A DNA stretch of 60,702 nucleotides, counting the filler, from Nemertoderma westbladi (lineage: Eukaryota; Animalia; Xenacoelomorpha): the NCBI GenBank assembly GCA_032718475.1. It is 3 parts of 3 records of this genome, joined end to end, with 100 filler letters (N's around TTAATTAATTAA, not from the genome) between each part and the next. Parts side by side here need not be neighbours in the genome. Positions count along the whole stretch, not along the records: positions 1 to 23,877 come from JAUCBJ010008907.1; 2 more parts are not named here. One strand, 5' to 3'. Made by a program: the position numbers and the translations under genes. Below the pieces are notes generated by a model. That model made no database searches. It saw only the letters and a program-made list of their open reading frames with translations, and was not told the DNA's origin. Of this stretch, positions 11,897-23,977 are shown in pieces (position 1 is the first letter of the stretch; each line of letters begins with the position of its first letter).

Positions 11897-12742
11897 CTCA
11901 GTTAAACGCATCTTGATGCCACTTGGCTGCTCAGGTCCAGATACACCTGACCATCGGAAGCTGTTTAGATGAAGAAGTTGTTAAGATGGCCTTGCCAACG
12001 ACCAATGACCTGAAGATGGTACTGGTAACTCTGTACCACTGTAACAGTTAACAGTACCGGTACCGTACTGTAATCCTGTAGTCTCCTAGCAACCAGCTGA
12101 TGCCAAGCCTAATAATTTTTGGGTAGATTAATTTATTATAACTGTAAGACAGTTACACAGATGCTGCACGAAGACCCCACACAAATTCAACTTGGAAAAT
12201 TTCTAAACTTTGGCCAGACTACATATGTACCAAGTTTTGTTAAATTTCATTAACATTTGGCTGAGTTATTAACGTTTAAATTGGACACAACAGAACGACA
12301 GAACAACAGAACAACAGATCGACAGAGCAACAGAGGTTAGTGGTACCTGTATGCTAAGCTCGCTTACTTTCGTCGCTTGCCCCACAACAGGCCATGACAA
12401 GGACCTAACCTTCAAAATTATCGTAGGCTGACTGTGCTGATTATGGTACCTAAACCTGTAAACTGTACCTAAGCTCAGAAGCTATATATTGTTATTGGGC
12501 TTTGGAATAATCCATTCAGCCTTTTATTTTAACATTGAATCCCCTTATTTATTATAAAACCATCGGAAATATCCGTTTATTATTACTGTTATAATTATAT
12601 TATTATTATTATTATATATTATTATTAATTATATTATTATTAAATATATATTACTGATTATAATTACTGTTTGAAACGCTTCCGACAGTCCGATGTATCT
12701 GGACCTGAGCAGACGAGTGGCATCAAGATGTGATTAACTGAG
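11897..12742. mobile_element. Non-autonomous element bounded by ~70-bp imperfect inverted repeats
   Basis: CTCAGTTAAACGCATCTTGATGCCAC...CAGGTCCAGATACA at 11897 matches the reverse complement at 12670-12742; internal parts are similar to 17865-18230. Confidence 0.7.
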
Positions 12743-12849
12743 GAATAAATATGACGGAATTGCTTGCTTGTCAGTAAGATTCTATTTACTACACTGGGAA
12801 TACGGCGGTCGGTCGGATCGTAATGCGAGCCACTGTCAAGTTCCTCATG

Positions 12850-13240
12850 CTGTCATGCCTCACTCCGGCCTCCCACCTTCAGACCTTGGAGAGCGGTGGC
12901 GTGGGAAGAGTCCGACTTACGTCGACGACTGGACGAATCGATGATGATTGCGATCTGGGTTTAGCGGCGGCCCGGATCCTGGGATCGCCTGGGGGAAATG
13001 GTTAAAAGTTGGGCAGAATTGTATCGCACCGGATTACGTTCTCTGCGACGCGAATGTGTGAGGCGAATTCGTTGTCGAATTGGGTCGGAAGCTGCGGGAA
13101 TTCTACTGTTCTACGGGAATAAACCGCAGCGGTCCGGTGACTACGGACGGATACTGGGATGAGCAGGTATTTCGATCGAGTTTCTCGTATTCTCGATGCT
13201 CGAGGCGGATAGAGAGTTGGTTGTGTTGGGTGGAGATACC
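12850..13240 (+). pseudogene. Aldehyde dehydrogenase (ALDH3-like) exon remnant with many indels
   Basis: Piecing frames gives [61 protein letters not shown]. Confidence 0.8.
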
Positions 13241-13242
13241 TA

Positions 13243-13560
13243 TGTTTAATGTTTAATAGTTGAGGGTAAAGAAAGCTAAATGTTTATTGCACCCGTACAA
13301 ATCGAGAAAAACCAATTACTGGAAAGGTCAAACTGAAAGTAAATAATATGTATTACCGGTATGTATGTATGGACAGTATACGTGTAGCAAACGTTTAGTA
13401 AAATCCTGAAACTGAAAATTTTGTAAAATATTAGATAGAATCATCAGATCATGGCGTATAAAAACAGTACGGTATGTAAAATAGGTAAAAACATTTGAAC
13501 GCATAAATTTACATGGATTAGTTTACACTACACGTAGGGAAAACAATTACACAGTTTAAG
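13243..13560 (+). repeat. ~320-bp direct repeat, copy 1 (copy 2 at ~16671-17011)
   Basis: Near-identical TGTTTAATAGTTGAGGGTAAAGAAAGCTAAATG...CACTACACGTAGGGAAAA. Confidence 0.9.
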
Positions 13561-13731
13561 GCCGGTTAAAATGAAATACAAAATTAATTTAAAATATCAG
13601 ATAAATCCATGGCTATAAAAACAGTACCGGTACAGTATGTAAAATAGACATACCGTAATTTCACGTGTAATAAATAATAATAAAACGTGTAATTTCATAC
13701 ACTTTCATGTTACATTAGTGGCTCAGTAGTA

Positions 13732-14385
13732 CCGGTGTAGCAGGAGAATTTGCCCCCTATGGAATCTGTACCCACACGGGCATAATCTCCTAGGAGATTA
13801 TGTCCCCCCGGTCTCATTCTCCAAGGATATTTCTCTCCCCCCCCCCCCCCCCCCCCCCCATTTTCAAGCACACCACTCTGACAGCTGCCTATTCCAGTAT
13901 TCGCCTATTGCAGTATTCTGGCATTGCAGTATTAGCTATGTTGTTACCGTACTGCCTTTGTGCCTATGCCTACCGGCTGATTTTGGGGACCGACCTTATC
14001 CTTTTCAGCCGCTTCTAATTGTCATTCGACAGCTGCGTAGTGGTACTGGTACCTATTGCTTGAATGCCTGATTATTTGGCTACTCACTGTCTGACCATAT
14101 GGTTTCAATGAATTGGTAAAGTGGCCGTTTATTGTTTTGGTTAGAAAAGACTGCCTCTGTAACCTGCTCCTTTCCCTCAATTGGTATATATACAGTATAT
14201 TGGAATAACTTTGGAATAATTTTAGATTTTATATAGTTGGCCTAGTCATCTTTGCAATATAGGCCTATAAATATCCTAAACCGAAGATCTTTTCACAGAA
14301 CAGATGGGGGTGGGGGCATAATCTCCTAGGAGATTTTCCCGGGGGGCCATATTCGACTGGGGGGCAAATTCTCCTGCTACACCGG
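13732..14385. mobile_element. MITE with 26-bp TIRs and TA target-site duplication (Tc1/mariner-like)
   Basis: TA|CCGGTGTAGCAGGAGAATTTGCCCCC ... GGGGGCAAATTCTCCTGCTACACCGG|TA; subterminal palindrome AATCTCCTAGGAGATT at both ends. Confidence 0.88.
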
Positions 14386-14606
14386 TAAGATTGTCTTCTG
14401 AAGCGCAGTATGCAGTATGACCTGCTATCAGTAAGTCAGACTACAAGTTTCTCCCTATAAACAATAAATTTAATTAAATATTTTTGGTATTGTATATTGT
14501 ATACGTGGGCGTCATATGGAGGCAGATACTGTAACTGCGGGGGACAACAACTCTTTTGTTGGATATTAAATCATCTAAGGAATGGAAAGAGGGGTCGAAC
14601 TAGTTG

Positions 14607-16650
14607 CTACAGTAGTGCACCCACGAATTGGTGATACCTGTGGCGGACTAAGGCTCTGACCCGGCGTAGCATTCTTGTGAATGTGCCATCCAGAGATTTG
14701 GTGTCCTCGGCAGTTAGAGCCCAGCATGGACTCCCATAGAGGAGTACTGGAACTACTGCTGCTCTAAATAATCGGACCTTAAGTTTCCGATTAATTGTTG
14801 GTGACTTCCAAATCCTGGAAAGCCTATTCAAGGCTGCCCATGCCTTTGCCTTACGTATTCGAAGGTTCTCACCTGACTTCCGGATCCATGATCCCAGGTA
14901 ACAGAAGTCGTCCACATGCTCAAGCATACCATCCTTTGAGCTTATGCTCATCCGATCAGAGACTTGCTGAGAACCTTCAAAGTTAACTGTCAAAATTTTG
15001 GTCTTTTTAGAGATAATAAAAAGACCAACACTAGAAGCAGCATGTTCTAATGAGCTGAGGAGCCATGGGCTCCCTCTAGTGATTCTGAGAGTACTCCTAA
15101 GTCATCAGCAAAGTCTAGATCAGTTAGGTACTTGGCAGGATTTCCTCGACTTCTGGAGCCAGTAGATGGAGTTATCATCACCCCATCATCATTATGATGA
15201 TCTAAGGACATGCGTAGAACATAGTCAACCACAATTATGAACAGTGCAACAGAAAATGGTGCAAGTGTGTCTCCCTGGAGGACGCCCCATAACACTTCAA
15301 ATGGTTCTGTGTCACCATCAACAGTATACACAAATGTTGTCAAACCATCGTATACTGATCTGATTGCTGCAATAATTTCATCAGGAATCCCATATAATGA
15401 AAGTATGCTGAACATACGTGAGCGGGAGACTGTATCAAAGGCCTTGAAGAAGTCAACAAAGATAACAGGCAGATGCCTGTCATTCTTTTTTGATAACTCT
15501 TCAATTATCCTTCTAAGTGCCAAAATGGGTTCCATGGTCCCACGACCTTTACCGAACCCATTCTGATTTTTATGGAGCAGTCTCTCAATGGGATCCCTGA
15601 TGCGATTTAATAGAATTCTATTGTATAGCTTTGCAGCAATCGAGATCAATGAGATTCCCCGAAAAGAACCATAGAGTGTTAGATTGCCATTCTTGGGAAC
15701 TGGCACCAACTTATTTGTTTTCATTTCTTGTGGGACTCTTGTTGTTCGGTACATGTCTACTATGATGGGATAGATGAGCTTTAAACACTCAGGTATTTTA
15801 AAGACCTCAGGGGGAACACCATCTACTCCACTGGCACGATTAGTCTTAATGCTCTTTGCAGCAGCCTTCACTTCTGCAAAGGAGATATCGCCAATGGGAA
15901 TATCTGGGAGTACAGCCTCAGACACTTTTACTTCTATAAAGTTATCAGGCAATACCCTGTCATTATTGAGGAGCTTTTCAAAGTGGGCCTTCCAACCATT
16001 GAGGCGATCGGCTGGTGATTCAGCCTTAACCTTGGTGGTTGGTTGGCTTTTCCGCCCAGTAAGCAAGTTGATCGATTTCCATGCCTGGAATGATTGCCCG
16101 CTGTCGTCGGCATCATTGATGGCATCAACCTGTTGGTTTATTAGCTCCTGTAGATTAACAGAGTACTGCCTGTTCAGGGACCTAGATGCAGCCTTAACTG
16201 CATTCTTGGCCGCTGTAGTCTGTTTGAGTCGGGACTGTTTCTGCGCCTAATATAGGTCATTTCGGCACTTCTGGATTTTGTTGTCAGTCCAGGGGGCCCT
16301 TTTCCTGTTTTGAGGGTATACAGGAACTGTTTCTGCAGCTGCTAACTTAACTGCTTCTGTGAAGGCAGTATAGCCCTCACAGTGATCTGCCGCCTCAGAG
16401 GCAAGAACCTCATACCTGTTGCTCAGATGTAGTGTGAAGCTGGATCTCACACTTGGCTGTTGCAACAGAGAGGACCAGTCATGCCGCGGCATGGCAGATT
16501 TCGTTGTTCTGCTAGCACGCAGACTAAGTCTTACCTTGGCCACAATAAGGCGGTGATCACTGGAGAAGGGTCGAAGTGTAAATGCATTACAGTCTTGTAT
16601 AGAGCTCCTGTACTTCCTACGAAACAGAATATAGTCTATCGCTGACTATC
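14607..16650 (-). mobile_element. RTE-clade LINE fragment (RT, degenerate, truncated)
   Basis: FRGISLISIAAKLYNRILLNRI, FVDFFKAFDTV, GVLQGDTLAPF, DLDFADD, FCYLGS, KVRLFRAAVVPVLLYG; upstream SDH endonuclease end. Confidence 0.92.
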
Positions 16651-16670
16651 CCTTGCTGACTTGTACATAA

Positions 16671-17011
16671 TGTTTAATAGTTGAGGGTAAAGAAAGCTAA
16701 ATGTTTATGGCACCCGTACAAATCGATAGAAAAACCAATTACTGGAAAGGTCAAACTGAAAGTAAATAATATGTATTACCGGTATGTATGTATGGACAGT
16801 ATACGTGTAGCAAACGTTTAGTAAAATCATGAAACTGATAAAATTCCAAATAAAATAAGATACAAATAAAATTTTGTAAAATATTAGATAGAATCATCAG
16901 ATCATGGCGTATAAAAACAGTACGGTATGTAAAATAGGTAAAAACATTTGAACGCATAAATTTACATGGATTAGTTTACACTACACGTAGGGAAAATAAT
17001 TAAACAGTTTA
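16671..17011 (+). repeat. Direct repeat copy 2 of 13243-13560
   Basis: Near-identical sequence apart from a ~24-bp insertion. Confidence 0.9.
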
Positions 17012-17279
17012 GGTTTAAAATAAAATATAACGCCCTATAAATGTAACGCCCTTGTCATCTTGTGTAAAACTGTATTTACAGCCGATATTTTTCTATTATT
17101 AACAACTGGCTGACTGGGCTCAGCTAGTGCCATCTGATTATTTAAGTAAATGTTGTTCAATTCTATCAAAAATTTTAAATAATTGGTAAAATAATAAAAA
17201 AATATGGTAAAAAAAGGCCAAACTTATAATTTCCAAATAGATTATTCATATTATAAATATATTTTTGGTATTATTTTTG

Positions 17280-17537
17280 CAGATAGCGGGGGAAACTGGA
17301 CGTAATAAAAATTCATCCCTCTCCAGGGGAAATTGGACGCAAATAACAGCTGATAATTCTCAAAAATAAAACTGTAACCTGTTCTATTGTGTTTAGTTTT
17401 CTTGTTTTGGTTAAAATATCGTGCCACTGTAACCTGCTCCTTTCCCTAAATTGGGAATTTAATATTGAGGCGGGATATAAATTTGCCAAGATGAGATTTG
17501 CGTCCAGTCCCCCCCCCCCCCCCCCCCCCCCTGTCTG
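17280..17537. mobile_element. MITE-like element of a dispersed family (related cores at ~14130-14185, 46520-46660, 50378-50580)
   Basis: CAGATAGCGGGGGAAACTGGACG ... CGTCCAGTC(C)nTGTCTG ends; shared core GTAACCTGCTCCTTTCCCT. Confidence 0.6.
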
Positions 17538-19034
17538 TTGATTTCACTACAAAATAGAATACATTGCATTTTACTGTTATACTAATTAAGGTAAATGAAT
17601 AAATAATGAGTTTATTGTTTATTAAACCGTACTAAGCACGTTGAACTGGAGCTCTAACAATTCCCCCTAGCGGCAGACAGGAACTGTAAACGTCTGTCTT
17701 TGTGTATAATATATAATTAAGCAATGCTCTTAGGTTACTACTACTGTACTACCTAATTTCAGATGAATCGGTTGGATCTATAATTACAGCTATTTTTACG
17801 TTTCTGTAAATTCGCCCCCCTAGCGGCAGACAGAGGAACTGTATAAGTCTGTCTGTGTGTAGAATTTCTAAATGTTTTATAGACTACATGTGTACCAAGT
17901 TTGGTTCCATTTCATCCATGATTGACCGACTTATTAGCGTTCAAACATTCCCACAAACACAGCCAGAGGCAGCCACAAACAAACAAAAGCTACAGGAACT
18001 CGAGCGATAATTAAGTAATTAATTATTGATTGATTATTAATTAATTAATTAATTAAATATACTGTTTCAATTAAATTCTTTACGAAAATCTAGTTATCTT
18101 CTTTTAAATATGGACCCTGCATTCATGGGAAATATAATATTTGATAATTCAGCAGTCAGCCTACGATTAATTTTGCAGGCTAGGTCCTTGTCATTCATGG
18201 CCTGTTGTTTAGATGGCCTTGAGTTATACTAATTCACGAATTGTAGCAGGGTGAGTTGTGAGTACACAGGAACAGAGCATAATGTTCGCCCTGAATCGCC
18301 ATTCTCAATAAATATTAGTAAATTTGAGGTTGATGCAAGACACGAAGAGACTCGAGGAGTGGTTATGCACCTTCTCATTCATGTCTCACCCCTATATTAT
18401 ACATAAGTATGATGATGAGGGCTACACCCAAAATGAACCTGGTTGATACTTATGATAGCTGAAAGGAAAGCACCTCCACAGTAGGCCTACAGTAGCACAG
18501 TTCCCGAAGAGTAAAAATCAATCTGTCTCTCGAGACACGATGATATCGATATTGATATTGGTTTATTGAGATCATAAGTAATACTGTGATACAACAACCA
18601 AATGGATTATACCGGTAAATGTACTATTGATAAGATAAATAAAATACTGTAGTTATGTTCTGGTAAAAAACGGCAACTGTGTCTCGTAGGATTGCCCCAT
18701 GAGGCGTAGCCTCATCTCCCTGGGGGTCTGATGAAGTCGTCGATAAACATAAAAAATAATTTCCGTCAACTACATCTTGCATATTCGCATATAATCCGCA
18801 TATCATATTCGCAACTATGTAAATATAAATATATGCAAGTTGTCAGTGACAAACAGGCAGTATGGGGTCTGACTGGCTGAAAATAGATCTAGTAGTGGTA
18901 AACGTTATCGGCCTAACGGCCTGCTTCAGACTATAATTAAAGTAAGCAAATATGTGACGGGATCCACCGGAGTTGGCAGTAATGAATCCCAACCAGTGTG
19001 TGTTATACGCGTCGCCGCTTCCATAGGCTGCTAA

Positions 19035-19420
19035 TTTGTGGAGTAGGAATTCTGCTAAGCCCATTTGCACTTAAGACCCTAAACAACATCGAATCTATAA
19101 ATTCCAGGGTTATGATCGCAACATTTGATGGGAATCCCAAGACAACAGTTATATGTTGCTACAGTCCAACCAATGCATCAGAGCCAGAACAAGCAGTCAA
19201 GTTTTATGAAGAACTGACTGGACTTATTAAGGACATCCCGAAACACAATGTTAAAGTCATTGCTGGTGACCTGAATGCGCAAATTGGCCCAGAAGACATC
19301 AAGGGTTACACCTATAACACCAGTTCTAACAGAAATGGGTACTTACTCTTAGACCTAATGGAAGAATGTGAATTGATACCAACAAACAACACATTCGAAA
19401 AGAGTAAGGGGAAGCTTTGA
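19035..19420 (+). mobile_element. LINE apurinic-endonuclease (APE) fragment, RTE-like
   Basis: GVGILLS, TVICCYSPTN, IAGDLNAQIG, NRNGYLLLDL, PTNNTF. Confidence 0.88.
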
Positions 19421-19997
19421 TTGATTGATTGAATTTTTTCCCATATAAAAATACATACTGCACAATACTGAAATAATATATATAAATCACAATTTACCGG
19501 TAATTTATTTTACATTGCTTTATGTAAATTATGTAAATTAATGGATGGTAATACATTTGTTTGAAATTATATAATAAAATTGTCTTGCCTAGGTATCATA
19601 AATGGTCTAACTCTGTACAGTAGTTTACAATAAATCACGTGTACCGTATATACATACATTAAACTTGAAATAAAATAAAATTTACAGTTTAAAATATATC
19701 TGTTACGTAGCTACAGTTTAAAAAGTAGTATCACATACGTACAGTAAAATTTATTTAACAAGGTACAATAAAATACGAACACGTAGTTTAAAACTTATCA
19801 CATATTATGTATAGTAAAATTAACTCGGAGTATCAGTACGTAACTACAGTTTAAAAAGTAGTATCACATACATACAATGAAATTTATTTAACAAGGTACA
19901 ATAAAATTTATTTAAAAAGGTACAATAAAATACGAACACATAGTTTAAAACTTATCACATATGTACAGTAAAATTAACTCGGAGTCTCAGTATAATT

Positions 19998-20260
19998 TTA
20001 TACAATAAAACAAGGTATACAAAATAAAACAACGTAGACAAAATAAAACAAGGTAGACATCAATAAAACAAGGTAGACAAAAATAAAACAAGGTAGACAA
20101 AATAAAACAAGGTAGACATCAATAAAACAAGGTAGACAAAATAAAACAAGGTAGACAAAAATAAAACAAGGTAGACAAAATAAAACAAGGTAGACATCAA
20201 TAAAACAAGGTAGACAAAAATAAAACAAGCAGAACCTTAAAATAAAAAACAAGTAGAAAA
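19998..20260. repeat. 20-21-bp minisatellite (CAAAATAAAACAAGGTAGAC), ~12 copies; ~130-bp tandem duplication just upstream (19710-19990)
   Basis: Directly visible. Confidence 0.9.
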
Positions 20261-20491
20261 TGTGCATTAGATTAAAATGGAGGGATAGCCTTATGAGGTT
20301 TCACCTCGTTTCCATAAGGGTCCCTGTGCTCTATGCGGCAGACAATATTATTTGCACCAAAATTGTAATGAAAATGGAATGGCGCCAATGAAATGCTAAA
20401 AGTAACTGAAAAATACAATAAAAAATAGCAATAAATGCAATAATAAAAACACTGTAATATATAAAATATAGCCTATAAAATAAATAATTAT

Positions 20492-23400
20492 TGTTAACGG
20501 ATCCAGGTCGTCCCGTCCGCTATCACTTCGTCCCATCCAAATTACCACTCAATATATGAGTGCCAATATGACTCCCATTAAAGAGCCACTCCAATAATAG
20601 TAACACGTGGTACCAAAAAACCAATTTAGCGATACCCATACTGGCTGTTAACCCACAGGGTGTACTGTAGGGATCGCATTATTATTATAATAAGGTGCTA
20701 ACATTATTGCCTTGCCAATTACTCATCCTTAGAGGTTCCAACAGTGGAGAGCCAATGACAAGCCACAAACCAAAAACCAGCTGACACATATCTGATATAA
20801 TCCTATGTGGCTACTGTACCAACCTCAGATGCACACCTCAGCATATCAAGGTGCAGTACACATTTACGCCTGATAGTGTTGTATCGGTAGGTAGCCAGCA
20901 GACATTCAATACGGACCGAACTCAAATATTTATTACCAGTCAGTCATTAAGCTCCCGTTAACCTCCAAGGACGAGTAACCAGCACCACTACAGTTGCGTT
21001 GTGCAGTTACTAACGGCCATTATTACAATTAATCACCTACAAACTATTATCTGCTCCTTTTCTTATAACTCTGGTTACCTCCGCATACCTCAAAGCAGCA
21101 AAGCACCAACCTCAAGTGTGTCTCGGAGGCCCGTTTCGGACTGCACCCCGATCCGGGCACAATACAACACTACAGCTATGCGCGCATGTCTACAACAACC
21201 AGCAACGCGCGAATAAAACTTAATACTGTAATAAACTCGAGAAATCGCTGACGACTCAAGTTCGCTCAATACGATAAACTCGAGAAGGAGGAAAGTAACT
21301 AAATTCTTCGACGAATAAAATGAGCGCTACGAGAAGTGTGACAACGTCTCTGTCAAGCGCTGCGGGGGGCTCCACGACGCTAACCGCGAACGTAACGGGT
21401 AGGGAGGACGCCCAACGACGGAAGACCGACGACGGACGCCCGCGCTTTCCTACAGCGGTGAGCGACCATTCCATTACGGGGTCCGATGGACGACGGGGAT
21501 CAGGACCCGTCGTTCCGGACAAAACTCCAACCGCCGATCCGAATATCGGTGGTTCCAACCACGAGGAAGCGGGGAGCGAAGCGGACCAAACTCTCCGCGC
21601 TCCTCCGGAGAGATACGCCATATCGAATCCTACGACAACCCAAACGAACTCAATCACTACTCAACATCGAACCGGCGCTAAGACAACCGCAGACCTCGCC
21701 GTCCCAACGACGCTGACGGCTGGCAGGTCTATGTTGCGACAGGCAACGGCGGATGCCGGTGCTGGCGTTGGACAACTCGCCATTGCGGACCCACCGCGAA
21801 CTCTGGAAGGAGATCCGGACTGCCGCTGGACGAGATTAACAACCTCGATGCCTCTACCACCCACCACAACGCCGAGGACCCGCGCTACGACCCAAGATGA
21901 CGATCTAGTCTCCATCGACTCCAGCATTGTGGAACGACTGGGAAGACTCTTCCGGCGAGCCAAAGGGATTTTGGAGGACTGTCGACGAATTGGTAAGATT
22001 GTTCCTAACTCTGTTAATACACTCAGAGACATTAATTTATTTATAGAACACTTAATTAATTGCCAGCAGTATGCTGTTGCGGACGCAAAATCCGCAGAAA
22101 TTTTAGATATAATATTAGATTTACATAATCGTGAACTCATTTCCGGTTTGGTGAAAGTGGGAAAGCACTCTGTAGGGTCATCGCTACAGGGAGAGCAAAA
22201 TTGGATAGGGGGCGATGTGGAAGCCGGGGGTATAGAGTCTTCGATAAACCCTGAGGATTCTGTATCCGTGGCCTCCACACCCACAGGGGTGACAAAATCA
22301 TCCCGCCATTCAGTCTCGTCGTCTAGAAAAGCGAGACAGGCGGCAAAAATTAACGGTCAGTGCCTTCTAGAACAAATGGCTATAGAAGAACAAAATTTAA
22401 AAATGCGTATAGAGGATGAGCAAGCAGAACGCGAGAGAAAACGCACAGAACGTGAGAAAGAACGTGCACAACGCATTGAGAACGAGCGCGAGGAACGCGA
22501 GGTTAGAGAGAGACATGGGGCCATGCATGATAGGCTAGCCCAATTAGCCGTACAGCAGGTTGACACCAAACGTAGGATTGAATTAATGCAACTAGGTGCG
22601 CTAGACTTACTGAATGAGAGTATGGTTTCCAGAACGAGTAATTCAGTAAAAAGTGGGGTGTCGAGTAACTATCGAAAATGTGGGCCAAAATCCACATTAA
22701 TAGACTCACGGCCCATACAAGGACCGAGTACCGTGGGTGACAAACAAAAAATAACTACCTACCGGTACATAAAACTGAAGACAATGCCAACAAATAATAA
22801 TATTAATTCACAAGTAATAAATTCAAATATTACAAGTAAACGCACAATGCTAAGTCAAGATAAAGTTTATCCTAGAAGTAGGTCGCCAGTGTTGCTTTCT
22901 GCGGAAGATCGTCGCTCAGGCGCGTTCGACAACAGGTCCGATATAACAGGACGAGAAGATCAACTAGGGAATGGGGGTGGCGACGAGCACCGAGTTCATC
23001 GAGAACCAGGCGATCGATATTCTTATCGGGTTGAGCCTCGTGGCCAACCGTCGTCGTTCGGTGGGGAGTTTCACACTTCGAGATGTGATTATCCCGTCAG
23101 AATACACCAGGTAGAGAGTAACCCAAGTAGAAAAGTAGGCAACTGCCAGACTGCAGATAGCATAGGCCGCTCAGCCGTAGTACACACCATGTACGATCAA
23201 CATCTTAGTAGGCAGTTTGAAAATTCACAGACCGATGACCATGTGCGGACCTCGGTGTTAAACCCATCCGCGCCGGGATTCGAGCCGACGTTGGGACTGG
23301 TAGGCCATACTCCCACGCCGGATTCTGTAGGCTTAGATTCTATACCGCGTCCGGTGACTGTAGGCCCGGGGCCGGTGCAGGTACCGGTACCGGTATGCAC

Positions 23401-23877
23401 AAGCAATACTGCTGCTACTGATGTGTGTGTACAGCAGCAACCATGGCAACCACGTCTCAGCCCAGCTGGAACGTGGGTGTACAACCAATCTGGGGCTGCT
23501 GTAGTACACAACATACAGCACACAAGTAACCAACGGCACATTACATCTGATAACAACAATGATACAGCTATAATGACAGGTCCACTACCTGCAATGCAAT
23601 ACCCAACACACCAAGCAGGGCAACGCGGGCATACAGCGCCAGCACCAATTTTAAATAACCCCAGTACAACGGAGGGGCCAATTAAGCAGCTATCCTCACT
23701 CATAGAAGCACTGAGGGTCAAATTGGATTTGCCTGTAGTGGAGCCGTTCGTGTTCGATGGAACACGTCCAGAAGAATACATTCAGTTTCGGCAAATGTAT
23801 TGTGACGAAATCCTGTCAAAGGATTTACCAAAGTATTCCTGCCTGAAGTACTTGCAATCCTATACAGATGGGGAAGC
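20492..23877 (+). mobile_element. BEL/Pao element E3, 5' part, cut by the assembly linker
   Basis: Begins TGTTAACGG at an AT-to-mixed composition shift; long gag follows. Confidence 0.7.
21320..23877 (+). CDS. E3 gag N-terminal region (intact >850 aa up to the gap)
   Basis: LPVVEPFVFDGTRPEEYIQF...LKYLQSYTDG closely matches E2 LPPVEPFKFDGSKPEEYLQF...LKYLQVYTGG; INPEDSVS motif and coiled-coil. Confidence 0.85.
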
Positions 23878-23977
23878 NNNNNNNNNNNNNNNNNNNNNNN
23901 NNNNNNNNNNNNNNNNNNNNNTTAATTAATTAANNNNNNNNNNNNNNNNNNNNNNNNNNNNNNNNNNNNNNNNNNNN
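23878..23977. other. Artificial 100-nt gap/linker (N-TTAATTAATTAA-N)
   Basis: N runs flanking a six-frame-stop spacer. Confidence 0.97.

Noticed and set aside
18405-18465. Possible C/D snoRNA (ATGATGA...CTGA)
   Set aside because: No terminal stem, no recognisable guide and no host intron
18725-18750. Hammerhead ribozyme core (CTGATGA)
   Set aside because: No GAAA after stem II and no closing stems
19998-20267. Hydrophobic membrane-protein-like ORFs (also 2355-2778, 9049-9392, 34250-35108)
   Set aside because: Translations of low-complexity or tandem-repeat DNA
23878-23977. TTAATTAATTAA palindrome as a biological site (also at 45810-45821)
   Set aside because: Six-frame-stop assembly linker inside N runs; ORFs crossing it are artefacts
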